The position numbers and the translations under genes are program-made. A stretch of DNA of 63,138 bases, filler included, from Reticulomyxa filosa (Eukaryota; Protista; Foraminifera), in assembly GCA_000512085.1 (NCBI GenBank). It is 17 parts of 17 records of this genome, joined end to end, with 100 filler letters (N's around TTAATTAATTAA, not from the genome) between each part and the next. Parts side by side here need not be neighbours in the genome. Positions count along the whole stretch, not along the records: positions 7,528 to 28,003 come from ASPP01000436.1; positions 28,104 to 33,820 come from ASPP01006836.1; positions 33,921 to 35,369 come from ASPP01049699.1; positions 35,470 to 37,246 come from ASPP01020419.1; positions 37,347 to 39,680 come from ASPP01022533.1; positions 39,781 to 45,779 come from ASPP01006911.1; 11 more parts are not named here. The stretch is one strand, 5' to 3'. Position 1 is the stretch's first letter, and each line of letters begins with the position of its first letter. Of the stretch, positions 26,224 to 39,840 are shown in pieces. The notes beneath the pieces were generated by a model. That model was not told where the DNA came from, searched no databases, and saw nothing but the letters and a program-made list of their open reading frames with translations.

Positions 26224-27666
26224 TTATCCAAATCTAAAAAATGCTTGAACCAAATCTTTGTGACGATAGGCCATTTGTTTAAATCTATTCAATCGAACCC
26301 AAGTGTAAAAAAAAAGAGGAGATGAATGTAATCCTCGAACCGGAAACTTTTTTTGATTTTTCAAAAAGGAAAACATAGATCAAAAAAAAAAAAAAGAATT
26401 ACTCTTTAAATTCCAAATATCCTTTTCTATCAACATCATAGCGATCAAAAGATTCAATCACCCATCTATGAGCAAAGAGACCAGACATAACAAAAATCAA
26501 TGATTATGTTGATTTCAAATTGTATAATACAAGGATAGTTTTTAACTCTCGTAATGCCTTATCGGATACATTGCTACCTTTGGCAACATTTATAATTTTG
26601 ATAATAGAAAAGATATCTTGTTTCGTGATACGATTGTTATTATTTTTATCAAAGGACTTGAAGGCCATTCGAATTTTATCTTCTGGATTACCTCTTTCCT
26701 CCGAGCAAACAAAAGAAATTGTGAGTTAGTTTATGCGTGAATCGAAAAATTGAAAAGGAAGAAGCAAAACCTTGTCAGAAGGGCAAAGCCAGCACATAAT
26801 TCCCTAAAGTCCAATTTTCCATTTCTGTCGTAATCAAATGCCTGAAATAACACAACGGCGTGACTTTTGTCAGTGACTCCAACGACTTGATTTAAAACAG
26901 AAAAAAACGACTTTGCGTCGATGAACCCATCTTTGGCCTCGACTTGAAACGCCTTCCAAAGTGGTCCAACTTTATTTGTGGACAGTCCATACTTTTGTGC
27001 AAATTCGCTAATCACTTCGTTGTCACTAAAGCTCTGATTCAACGAAGCGTCATTCATTTTCGAGTCCAAGTCTTTGTGATAGGAATGCCAGCTCCAGTAT
27101 GTGTCAGTGGACTGATTTTGCTTATCCCAGCCTCCCCAACTATTGTCATCCCAGTCCCAATTGAACCAGCTGCTGTCGTTGTTCCCCCAAGTTGAATTAA
27201 ACTCGTTTGTGATTGGCTCCAATTCCAATTTTAAGCTATTGCAAGGATGAGAAGTGATATAACAAAGCATTTGTCAAAATAGTCAATCAAAGGAGGAGAG
27301 AGGGAAGAGAGCAAGAGAAAAAAAAAAGGATAAGTTTTTGGGGTTAATATCGCGTAACATGCTCCAAGTAGATTTCTCAATGGCCTCTGCCAAGTCCTGA
27401 TCCTCTCGAATAAACTTTTTTCTGCCAAAGTCGTTCAGCGCATAAAGACGGACGGAAGTTCCGGCGGCATTGGACAATTTAAATACTATTTCATTAAGTG
27501 CGGTCATGTAACCTCTTTTGGACGACAACAACAGCACAAAACAGATATAAAACAAACCAAGATCAGAATAGGATATCGTTCTGTCTATGTCTTCAAATCG
27601 TCGCTTTTTTCCTTGAAACACTGCTTCGATTTGGATTTTTGATTGTCTATCGCTTTCCACCCATTC
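26224..27666 (-). CDS. PB1-like domain + Trp-rich linker + NCS/calcineurin-B-like 4 EF-hand protein
   Basis: IQIEAVFQGKKRRF...LYALNDFGRKKFIREDQDLAEAIE..ILKLEL. EF loops DYDRNGKLDFRE, DKNNNNRITKQD and DVDRKGYLEFKE; RGNPEDKIRMAFKSFD. Stop at 26224; start uncertain. Confidence 0.8.
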
Positions 27667-27712
27667 TTTTGATTTTTATTAATTTTTTTTTATGTATGTG
27701 ATTGAATCAGCT

Positions 27713-27812
27713 AGAAGAAGGGAAAATTCAAATAATTATTCAATATTGGAATCGAATTTTAAAGAAAAATTAGGATGGATCGATGATTTTAATAAAATTA
27801 TATTCAATATAG
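27713..27812 (+). repeat. Solitary degenerate copy of the IIQYWxRIL..KLGWIDDFNKII module
   Basis: 28 nt identical between 27774-27801 and 39095-39122 (kelch terminal exon); frameshifted here. Confidence 0.8.
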
Positions 27813-28694
27813 TAAATAAATTTTTAATTATATTACAACGTCAAATTGATAACTCTGTTCTTTTCATTGAAAGCTTTCAGGTTAAAGTAAAAAACTCTTC
27901 TACAAATTTGGTTCAAATATTTTTTTTTTAATTCAATTTTGACAAATAATTTGATTTTCTTGTTGTTTCAAACAAAAGAACTTGGCTATCCCAACACACG
28001 AATNNNNNNNNNNNNNNNNNNNNNNNNNNNNNNNNNNNNNNNNNNNNTTAATTAATTAANNNNNNNNNNNNNNNNNNNNNNNNNNNNNNNNNNNNNNNNN
28101 NNNTTAAGAGCAAAGCCTTTCGTACTTCACTTCAACTTGCTTGTTTTCTGCGGCATGTTGGATCCCTCAAGAGGTAATAAAGTAATACAACACAAATTTG
28201 GTGAAAATATGTTTTGTGTCAACTAAGTAACAAGTAATGCGTAAGTAATAAAAAAGCGAAAAAAGCCAACACCAACACATAGTAATAATAAAAGAAAAAC
28301 AACGAACAAAAAAGTTCAAATATACTTGATTGAAAAGAGTGAGCGAGAAAACGCCACGGTTGTAAAACTGTGGAAAACGTGAATAAAGCAAAAAATAATA
28401 AAATAAATTAAAACAAAACAAAGATAAGTAGAAAATCTACGAGAAAAACAAAAAAATGAGATATCATCACAAGTTACAACGCAAACCACCAGAGTTCAAC
28501 AAAATGTCGCCGCCACAAAATAATAATATTGAAGGAAAAACAAAGCAAACAAACATCACATACAAAAATTGCAAACAAAAGCAACTCCTTTGTTATTTGC
28601 AAAGCAAATCACCAGACCTACAAGAGCAAATGTCAGAACAACTCTCCTTTTTTATTATTTTTTTTTCATTATTGGAAAAAAAACGGAGCACATG

Positions 28695-30116
28695 TTACTT
28701 TCTACACGTTGGCAACTTTCCTTGCTGAAGCGCTTCTGCCGCCACTTGCAATGTTTCTGTATGTGTGTGTATGTGAGTAGAGTAATCGTTTACATAAAGT
28801 CGGAATGCAACAATTGTCGATTTGCAAACAAATACATATTTTGTATGTATGATTTAACTGAGAGTGAAGCCTGCTTCTGTTTGGCTATGTTGCTCATCCA
28901 AAAAGGCATCAATGAATGCAATTTCAGCATACACTGACGACAGTTGGCTTTTCACCAAACAATAGGCAAATAAACATATCATATCATCAGCACCTCTGAT
29001 TGCACACAAATTTATTTGTTTCATTTGAGTTAATTTATTCAAAACAAAACACATATACATATACATATACATATATATATATATGTTTTTTTTGTAAAAT
29101 AATACAATAGCACTTCTTTTGGCTTTGATTTAAGCGTTTTGGATGGATTCCTGGAAACATAAGCGCTATCAACGCTCTTTCTAGCATGTACAGGGGCCTC
29201 GCTGACAGACAAACGGTGGACATCTTTGTCAGTGTCGTCATTATTTGTAGTGGTCAAGTTGAGATTGACGTACCCTTGTTCGGCCAGCAGCTGTTTTTGG
29301 TATCGATAGTTGTCAATGCAGCGCACTAGCTTTTCTTTCATTTTCATCAAACGTACAATTTTGTCCAAAGGACTACGTTGTTCTTTTACTTGCCACAGCC
29401 TTTTATTGTTGTCCCACATAAAACAATACTTCTTTGTGTTCTGTCTTCATTATATATATATATATATACACATATGTGTTATGCATGAAATAAAATGTAC
29501 AAACTGATCAAAGCAAGGCTGCAATACAGGTAAGGAATTTGGCATTTGGGCGGAATTGGATCGAATGAGAATGGGATTACTTTTCAAGTTGGACACGGCC
29601 ACCGTGGCAGCGGATGAGATTGCATTGTCATGAGATAGAGCTCGGGTATCGGATATAACAACTGACGAAAGGCTATTCACACTCGTTGGGATTGGCGTTG
29701 GAGTCGAACCTGATGCCGATACTGATGTTGACGCCGATATCGATGTCGAGGCTGAGGTAGATGTACTAATGACATTTCCCAAACTACTGGCTATTTCTTT
29801 GGCGTCGTTTTGTACTGACTCAGGTCGAAACACAAAGACTCGGTCATTACACGGTTCTTTCGACTGCAGTTTCTCACGTTGTGAGTTGTCTTCAAGCATC
29901 GTCATCCCATTGGTGTCCTCAGGAAGCGAGGCCGTCGTTGCTGCAGTATACGTTTTTTTGAGACCAATTGCACTAGTTTCACCGTCTGCATCGCTTAGGC
30001 TTGGCAATATTGAACTCGGGGTTACAACAAAAGAGGATACCAAAGATGGATTGGATTCTAATGATTTGTCATTCGATGACAGCGCTGCAATACACATGTG
30101 TATATATGTATAAATG

Positions 30117-30159
<43 letters not shown>

Positions 30160-33154
30160 AATTTTTTTTTTTTTATTAAAGTTAATAAAAAAAGTGTACA
30201 GTATAAATTTATAACAATTGGATTTTTTCGTTGGTTGTGTGGATGGTCGTGATCATTGGGACGGTGCCTTCTCTTACGCCAGTCAGTAAAATTATCATCC
30301 ATGGCATGTATGTGCTGTTGGAGCGACAGCAGTGGGGGATCTTCGTCGTCATCCACCTGCAAGGAGCGAACGACTTCGTAATCCTTGAGTTTGCAAGTTG
30401 CAAATTTGGTCATCAGCATTTGCAAGTTGTTGTTTTGATCGCAATGAAGCTGCGCAAAGAAGGAAAAGATTGTGTCGTACACACTCTCGCAAAACACGTG
30501 TTTGTAGATTTGTCTGCGAACGCTCGTTTCGAACGCCTTCGTCAAATCGCTTTGGTATCTTTGGATTTCCTTCTCTTCTTTTTCCATTATCGCTGTGGCA
30601 TTCGTGTGCAACGATAGATTTGCTGCTGATGATATTAATGTTACTAATGCTGCTGATGATGCTGATGATGCTGATGATACTGATGATACTGATGATACTG
30701 ATGATGAAGAAGAGGAATGCTTTTCTTTGATTGCTTTTTTTTTTTTTTCAAACTCTTTTTGCAAATGATGACTTGGAATCAGCTTCAGCATCAAACACTC
30801 GTGGGAGTGTTTCAAAAAGGACTTTATATCTTCCACACTTACGTCTACGATACTTTTGATTGATCCTTTTTCAAAATGTTTCTTTTCTGTGCTGTTTCTT
30901 TTTTTTTTTTTTTTTTTTTTTTAATCATCAAATTCCCCCATAAAAAAAAAATAATAATAATAATAATTAGAGAGGTACAGTTTAGTGTGTACATAGACCC
31001 AGCTTTTTTTTTTTCAAACTTTAAACAACTCACTCAACTGAACCAAAAAAGGTTCCAAAAACAACTTTACGAAAGTAGAGAAAAGCATTCCAACTGGACT
31101 ACTTTTGTCATTGAAAATCGTTTCGAACAGCCTTTCAATTGCGGCATGGTCATACTTGTCCCTTTTCACTTGCCGCATTAACCCATCGCGGAGGTTTTTA
31201 ATCGACAAGTGCGACGACTACAACCAACCAAGTAGTATTATTGCATGTTGCTTGTTTTCAATTGCAAATTATAATATTATACGTACACATACGTATAAAT
31301 ATACATAAGTATGTATAATTTTTGTATAAACGTAACGTCTAGTTTGCACAATAAGGACGACCAAGTAGACCTATTGTTCATTCGAATGTGACAAAAGCTT
31401 TGGTAATTGGTGTCGTTCAAAGCGGTTGTGGGGAACGAAGGGGCCACATTTACAGAGATGCCATTGCAAATGGCTCGTATCCACGCCTGGACATATCATA
31501 TTGTTGTGGAGATGCATATTATGAAAATATTCAGATTATATTGATTCACCTCTTTTTTTTTTTAAAATTTAAAAAAAAGAGTAAACATCTCGAGTTCGCT
31601 CGTCACAGGCTCGAAGCTTGAGCGTCTGCAGTTGAGGATAAAACAGCTGAATTTCGAAGGAAAAGTTACGGTTTTGGACGACGACACCTTAGCTGTTTCA
31701 TCTAGCAGATATTCGTTTAGAAGTTTCGGATCTGTGTCACTCAAACATTCCAACAGCCGACGTCGGCCTTTATCCCATTTATACCACAGTTCTTCGATCG
31801 CATGGAACTGTGTCACTTTCGTCAGCCTTCCGGCACGAGTAATTGACCCAATTGACGAATCATCACTCTAATTTATTCATTTGTTTAAATTGACTTGCAT
31901 CAAGTAATTTTGTGTTAAACATATAAACACATAAATACATACATAAACATTTATACATACATATGTATATGTATATGTATACGTATATAAATATGTCCAT
32001 ATTTACATTTACACCAAATATTATCTTATTTTTTTTTAAAAAAAAAAAGAATCACCAAACGAAAAAGCGATAAATTTCAGAAGAGTCTTCAAACGACAGA
32101 GATTCAATATTTTGTGAGTGACAAACACATTTGCATTTCGTCGGTTGGTCATCAAGATGTACGTGATCCAGTGTGTTAGCGCACTTGTTGTCAGGTATAG
32201 GAGATTGGCCGTCCAAAATCTCATTGCTATAGCCACCGTCTGGGTGCGACCTCAAAGACCCCTGTTCGTCCTTCACTTCGATTCCACTTATGCGTTCGCG
32301 CGCTTTTTCAAATGTCAAGGCCATCGATGTGCGTTTCGGCAGCATATTGGATTCGTGCTGACCATTTACACGCGAGGAGGACATTTAAAGAAAAAAAGTT
32401 TGAAACAGAATTTTTTTTTCCCTCGTTTTCAAATTAACTATGCTCGAGTTGGAACGAATCTTGACGTGATCAGTGGAAGCTATTGAACAATGCTAAAAAC
32501 ATAAGATCTATGACTTTTTTTTTGGTTTTGTTTTTTTTCCAAATATACACATATACATATACATATACACATATATATATATTATATATATGTATATGTA
32601 TATGTATGTATAAGTATAAATTGTTGTTGGAGGTGAAAAAAACTTGCGTTCGTATTGACAATGTGATCCACGGGGATGACATCGTCTTCTGCACTTTGAG
32701 ACAAAGACATGGAAGAGGACAAAGACTCGCGATGACATTTTTGTGCGGAGGATACGCAGGAAGACAGTACGGGGACACTTGCGACACGTTTGACTGACGT
32801 CACCGTAGGCTTGTGGTTGACGAGGGACATGGAAGAAGAAGAAGAAGAAGAAGAAGAAGAAGAAGAGGAAGGATGCCGAGTCTGAAGACCGGAGTCGGCT
32901 TTGCACGTGCGTCGCGATGGGATGGCAGAGTAGATATACTTGGCCTTAACTAGTAGTGACCCCAACACCGCCCCTTCAAAGCGAGTGTCCACGATCATCG
33001 ACTTGATCATCCAGGTTATCAATTCGCTCCCCGAAAACACCTTCAAATGCAAAAAGCCATTGCGCTGTTTATTGCGAATTATGCCACTTTGTTGAATCTC
33101 TTTGCAAATTTGTTTAAGTTGTCTTTCCTTTCGATTCATTTGATTTCAATACAT

Positions 33155-33186
<32 letters not shown>

Positions 33187-33783
33187 TTGTATCTCTTGTT
33201 GCATTTGACTTATCGAAGCAAAACAAACAAACAAAAAAGTGTAGCTAACATCATTGGAGGTGACCACGCACCCACTTTGAGGAGGGTTATTGACGGAGTG
33301 AAAGGAGTTCATACTTCGTCTGCGCGTAGTGGTGTGAGGTGTACTTTTGGCTTTCCGATGTTTGTCCAAGCAAACGCATTGTCTGCACGTCATCTGTCGT
33401 CGTGACATGTCCTGTCATATTACCGCAACACACACACATGCAATCTTGATGCACGTGTGCACTCAATTTTTTTTTTTTTCCTGCTCCCTCCAAAAAAAAA
33501 GGGGGAAAAAAACACAACAACAACTCAATGTGTCATTTTCTCTACAACTAATTTTTATTTTTATTTTTTAAATAAGTGTTGATATGTAATGTATTACTAT
33601 TCGACCCAAAGGAAATGAAAAAAAAGGTAACCTCTTCCAATTTAATCTCCACGAATTTCACCTCTTTTCGAAGTGCGCCTCCTCGCTTTTTTTTTGTTCC
33701 AATTTTTTCAGGAGTTGCTCTTGTCTTTCCGAGCAGTCGATCAGCTCTTGGATGCAAGAACTCAGTCCAACATAAGAATTACT

Positions 33784-33784
<1 letters not shown>
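28695..33784 (-). CDS. VPS9-domain (Rab5-family GEF) protein with N-terminal DEP and probable PH domain; 5'-truncated
   Basis: DEP: VFSGSELITWMI..TRFEGAVLGSLLVKAKYI...FEDSSEIYRF. PH-like end: ELEM|AWIRAI. VPS9: SPLDKIVRL, LGADDMICLFAYCLVKSQL..AEIAFIDAFL..EAGFTLKTLQVA. Stop at 28695. Confidence 0.85.
30646..30712 (-). repeat. Coding tandem 9-mer repeat (SSV/SSA)n
   Basis: (GATGATGCT/GATGATACT)n on the + strand, inside a VPS9-gene exon. Confidence 0.8.
32832..32868 (-). repeat. (TCT)n poly-Ser microsatellite in the DEP insertion
   Basis: (GAA)n run on the + strand. Confidence 0.85.
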
Positions 33785-33820
<36 letters not shown>

Positions 33821-33921
33821 NNNNNNNNNNNNNNNNNNNNNNNNNNNNNNNNNNNNNNNNNNNNTTAATTAATTAANNNNNNNNNNNNNNNNNNNNNNNN
33901 NNNNNNNNNNNNNNNNNNNNA

Positions 33922-35369
33922 TTTATGAAACAGAATCCATTTCAATTGCTATTGGTTGATTCCGGGTCATTTTTGCTCGCATCAATTGAGCATGAAACAG
34001 TCTTAAATGAGCCTTTGAAAGTGCACTATTGTTCAAACAATCATGCACTATTAATCGACGGATCAGACGACCTTCTGAAACAAGTGAAATGCCAAATAAA
34101 TGGTTGTGAAGGCACTATCATCAAAACAATTTCTAAAAAGTCGACTCAATGGAAGGATACGATAGACATGAAAGGTTGGTTTATATTGAAAAGATATCAT
34201 TCATTTCCCAAAAAAACAGAGCCAAGCACGTTGAAACCTTTAACGTTCATATTAGTGCGATTGTTATATCATTTATTATTATTTTTACGAAATGAAAGTG
34301 TTCCGCAAGATACTGAGAAGATTCAACAATTGCTAAAACAAAGTAATAAAGACAAAGTATCCAAATATTTATGGAAAAAAATCAAACGTGAATTCAAAAG
34401 ATTGCAAATGATAACAAATTTGAATGAAGAACTGTTATGTGTTGCTCTTCATTTGTGGATTAAAGATTTCCATGAAAAATTTGAAACATGGTATCCTAGA
34501 GGATTGCCTAACAACACTTTGCAAATGATTCATAAATTTGAAGAGAAGTTGGACAAAGAGTGCTCGACATTCTTTAATCGCAAAACTGAATTTATTGAGC
34601 TTCGAAACAAAAGTGAAATTGGATCAAATCAGAACGACACGGAGTTATCAGAATTGATGAGTGAAATTGAAGAAACTAAAGAATTGAATAAGTGTTATAA
34701 GATAGGGCATCTTCCACAATTATTTTTAGAAGTTCGATCACTGTCATGGAAAGATTTATTTTCTGTGTTTAATGCAAATCCATCTATGGTCAATGATTAT
34801 CCATTGATTGCTCAATTGTTGGACTGTAATGGGAGTATCTGGCATTTGCAATATCTTCCAGTAATTGCAAATTTGATCAAATATGTTCACAACAAATGCT
34901 CGCGACAATTCTTACCAGATGAATTACATCAAATTCAAATAATTGACATACTGAGGCAAAAATATCAATGTAAAATTTGGTGGGAACATTTCATACTTTG
35001 TTGGAATTACTTTGCATTGGATCACCAACAATTGAGATATGATTGTCAAGATATTCCAATTAAACAATTTTGTATCATCGATTCCGATACAAATAATTTA
35101 CAATTGAACATCTATCAAATAATTCGATTTTTAGAACAGCAACAAAATGAATTCCTGAAAAAGTTTGAGCGATTCAAGTCTTCATATATCCAGATCATTG
35201 AAGAGAAGAAAGAAGATCCCTTACCACCACATCTCGATGACAATGGACAACACATTTGGAAATACCTTTTTGATATCACAAAATATGATATTTTATGTTT
35301 TAATGAAGTAAAATTAAATAAAATTGTTGAGCGACGAAGCACTCCAATATTGGATTATGGTCAATCTGA
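33922..35369 (+). CDS. RNF213/mysterin-like C-terminal (RZ finger/E3-core) fragment, both ends truncated
   Basis: Intronless ORF filling the contig. YCSNNH..KCQINGC..I (RZ-like), LKPLTFILVRLLYHLLL and LQYLPVIANLIKYV resemble the RNF213 C-terminal motifs as I recall them. Confidence 0.65.
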
Positions 35370-37161
35370 NNNNNNNNNNNNNNNNNNNNNNNNNNNNNNN
35401 NNNNNNNNNNNNNTTAATTAATTAANNNNNNNNNNNNNNNNNNNNNNNNNNNNNNNNNNNNNNNNNNNNTACCAAGAAAAATCAACAATAGATACTATCG
35501 TAAGATTTTGATTGATTATCAATATTTTATTAAAGAAAAATTTTATGAAAGTCCCATTTTGAACAAAAAAAGTAAAGAAAAAACTATTTGAACTCTCGCT
35601 ATCTTAATAATATTGATGGTAGAATAAAACATTTACATTAAAATATGTCTGTTATTTTCTTAAACTGTGTATTGACAGCACAATTAACTATTTTTCAAAA
35701 AATGTTTTGATACGTTGATACGAATTCATTTTCATTATTTCACAAGAAAAATATTTCTTCATTAAAATGTTAAAAAAAGTGTACATGGAAAAAAAACAAA
35801 ACAAATTTGATTTTGTGTTATGATTATACAAAATATGTGCTCATTTTCTACGTTTATGAAATGATCTATAATATCACAGTTTTCCTTTATTTTTTGAGTT
35901 CAGTCTCAGTTGAAACGCTTTGTAACTAGTCTATCGCTGAATAATCATACTGCCTCAGCATCGTTAAAACATTTTATGATTTTTAATATAAAGCTATCGC
36001 GTTTCATAAATTTCTAATAATAATTCTCTATCAGGAAAATATACAAATACTAATGGACAATGATTTAAAAGCCTTGGTGATAAAATACTTTACTAGCATC
36101 TGTTGGTGGATTGCATGCACTTACTATTTGAATATTTTCTACTACTCATTCTTTAATAATGTTTTATTTTATGTTCTGCTTGCTAATGTTGTTAATATTG
36201 AGAAAACGATTCATTTTCCCAGCAATGTTTTTCTTTTTTTAATAATTGAATAGTTAAACAAACAACGATTACAACATTTGTAACAAATTTAATTACGTTG
36301 TGTTTCTGCTAATGTCCGAAAATTGTTGCTTTGCACAACTCTAATGGTGTCTCCTTCTTCTCATTCATAATGTCTCTCAAGTCCGTCATGTTGTCATATT
36401 ATGACACAATGTATATAATTGAACTTAAAGTAATATTTCATAATTTCTAAATAATAAATAATAAATAATAAACCCTTTCTTTTGCATATTTTGATTTGTC
36501 AAATTAGTTGTATTACCTTTCGCGAATGAGAATATGTTGATGAAAGATATGAATTGTCCGTCTTTTAATGTTTTCAAGAATAAGAGATATTAAGTGGTTT
36601 TGTTTTTTATTATTTGCTCAGAACTAAAAAGATTGCTTTTTCATTTTTCATCTCTTTTCACATTAGCTTTTCCTTGATGATACCTTGTATTATTCAGACA
36701 GTATCAGTTGCGTTTGACTTTTTCCATGGAAAGGAGAGTATGAAATAGACCTGATTATTAGTGACTTATTGTTTGAAGTGTTTCTTAAAAATAACAATAA
36801 CTTTTATCCAATTTAACAATTGAGATATTTTTTTACTATCTATTACCCTAAACACGAAAGAGCCCTTTTCATGAACCAAAATTTACGAAAATGGATTGTT
36901 TGTAATTGTAAGATAAAAAAAAGTAGTATAAGTAATATGTATTAATTTATTAGATAAGATAACTTTTGGAACAGTGTACTACAATACCTGTTTTTTTTTT
37001 TTTAAATACATAAAAGCGAAAAAAGGGTTAAAACAGAACAAGGAATTTTTTTTACTTACACGTATTTATTATATCTTTGAAGATTTTGTTTGGCCTGAAA
37101 AAAAGCTTTTTTTTTTTGAACTTCCAATTTCATTTCGTTATTACTAAAATAGAAAAAGAGA

Positions 37162-37246
37162 ATGAACCAATTGACTGAAAATGCTGCGAAATCTGAAATG
37201 AAAACAGAAGTAATGTCACCTTTTCTTGTACAGTCCTGCTTTAACA
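37162..37246 (+). CDS. 5' start of a probable RING/TRAF-type zinc-finger family gene, truncated
   Basis: MNQLTENAAKSEMKTEVMSPFLVQSCFN runs into the spacer. QSCF(N/D) resembles the opening of a recalled Reticulomyxa family. Confidence 0.3.
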
Positions 37247-37951
37247 NNNNNNNNNNNNNNNNNNNNNNNNNNNNNNNNNNNNNNNNNNNNTTAATTAATT
37301 AANNNNNNNNNNNNNNNNNNNNNNNNNNNNNNNNNNNNNNNNNNNNAAACATCTTAATTGATTTATCAATACGACAATATTTATATTGTGTTGATGATAT
37401 TGTTTATGTAGAAATTTCTTTTCAAATCACAAATGAATAAAATTCATTCAGAATAAACTTATTTTACTTCATTTCTTCAATTGTGTTGTTCACATGTAAA
37501 TATAAATACGTTACGAAATCATTATTTCATTTATTTGCTATATTTTTTTTATATATTCTATTTATTTTAAATAAATAAACACAAGTTCAAAAAGATGCAC
37601 ATTCAATACACATTTTTGAAGAGTTGAATATATTTTTTTAAATCAGCTAATTTTAAAAGAATGGTATGCAATAATGATGTCTAAAAAAGATTATGAAATT
37701 AGTTATATAAATGATTTTATTTAACTTGTCATGAAAATGTCAACAAAGTGTTTCTAAAAAGGAGTAGTTTTATTTTTTTTATCTTTCATATTCTTACCTT
37801 AAATTAAAGAAGTTAATTTTGTGTCAACTTAGAAATATGAGAGATGATGTAATTCTTGAAATGAAATTGAAGTAATAAAAAAAATTATTTGCTCAAATTC
37901 CCCTTTTTTAAAAAAATTTAAACTACTTCATAGTTTCTCAACATTAACAAC

Positions 37952-39147
37952 ATGAGCAACCAAATCTTTCAAACTTTGAAGGAGTTGGCCACTCCACTTC
38001 GGGCATCTCAATGTGTGCTACACAAACATGAACTCCTTATTTGTGGAGGTTATGACCAAAGAGCTTGTTATTCTTATCATATACTTAAAAATGAATACAA
38101 ACTTATTTGTGAATATCCAAGTGATGTTCAATTAAATGAACACTGTGTAATAAAACTAGTAGATAATAATAAACACAACAAAGATAGAAATCAAATCGCT
38201 TATTATCTTTTGGTGGAAATAAATATATAAAAAGATATACATTATTGATGAAATATGTAAGTGTTTGGGATAATATATCAAATAAATTCAACAATTACAA
38301 TCAATGGATACCTTTCACAGATGATCATAATCATCCAATTATCATTGGAATGAATTATTATTATAATTATGAAGGAGTACGTGCAGTAATTGGTGGAAGC
38401 AATAATCATTTATTATTTATCACTTGTTATCCAAAAAACATTCATATATTTGATTTAAATAGATATCAATTTATTAAACATGACACTTTACCAATTTTGG
38501 ATTGTATTGGTTATCATTGTTTTGTATTAAAGTCAGAAAATAAACAAGAACAAGAAATGATGAAAACAAATGAAAAAAACAAAATTATCAAATGCTGTTG
38601 TTTTGTTTTAATTCAGGATTATCAATTGAATATGATGAAGATAATAATTCTTTTCAATTTCATCAACTACTTGTTTGTAATTATATTGCACCATTCAATG
38701 GATATTCATATGTATGTATCAATGATATTATCTTGTTCTTTGGTGGATTTCATTATCATAATACTTCAAAATTAGTGCACAAGTATTTAATTCAAGAAAA
38801 TAAATGGAAAACATTTCAAAATACTTTACCCAGTCCATTGTTTGATTGTATTGCAATATTAAATGAAGAATATAACAATATTCATATCATTGGAGGACAA
38901 GATAATAAAAGGAGAACATTACTAACTCACATGAAGACTAAAATACGTATATGGGATGTCTCACATTTGGTAATGATTTGTTTATTTATTTTGATGAAAA
39001 ACAAATAAATTACAAATAATTAAATAATAAACAGTCAAAAAAGAAATAAAATTAATTATTAAATATTGGATTCGAAATTTACAAATAAAATTCAGATGGA
39101 TCGATGATTTTAATAAAATTATTATGAAATATAATATTCATAGATGA
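37952..39147 (+). pseudogene. Kelch-like beta-propeller family member with three 1-nt frameshifts (pseudogene or sequencing errors)
   Basis: ELLICGG..CYSYH, LLSFGG..MKYVSVW, AVIGG, ILFFGG..VHKY, IHIIGG; terminal exon ending YWIRNL..WIDDFNKII. Frameshifts at 38200, 38581 and 39037. Confidence 0.8.
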
Positions 39148-39802
39148 TGAAAAAAGATATTAACTTTATTAATCAAAGAGTCTACAAAAAGAATGTCAAT
39201 ATTTGAATTTTTCATGAAATAAAAAATAATTACATAATTTGGAGTGTACAAAAGCGAATTAGATTAACAATTTTAAAACATAAGTGAATTTTTGGTTTTG
39301 CTCTTTCTTGCCTAATGTATAAAAATTCTTTTTGACGAAGACCAGTTTGGTGGAGGGGCAATATTTGAGTAATATGTTCCTAGCTTTGATAAATGGAGCC
39401 ACAGTTTATAATAAAAAAGTTAACAAAATTAGTAATAAAATCAATTGCAAAGGGCTGCAATACAATGACAAAACAAAGCTAATTCTTGTCAAAGAGTATA
39501 TTTTTTTATCCTCTAAAAATGGCAAAGTGTTAATATTATAATGAAGCTTTAAATATAAAATTTTGCAATGTTGTAGTACTTTTAGATAAATAAAAAAGCT
39601 AGCAACAACTTGGTTTTTTTTATTGGAAACGAATTAAAACCAGATTATTTCAAAGATGTTACTAATTATTTCTATATCACNNNNNNNNNNNNNNNNNNNN
39701 NNNNNNNNNNNNNNNNNNNNNNNNTTAATTAATTAANNNNNNNNNNNNNNNNNNNNNNNNNNNNNNNNNNNNNNNNNNNNTTTTTTTATTTTTTTTTTTT
39801 TT

Positions 39803-39836
<34 letters not shown>

Positions 39837-39840
39837 GCAA

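Noticed and set aside
29039-33200. ORF portions reading YIYIYICIC/FFFFF/KKKKK
   Set aside because: Read-through into intronic TA microsatellites and homopolymers.
9464-35369. PARP + RNF213-like 'immune island'
   Set aside because: Different contigs; no physical linkage evidence.
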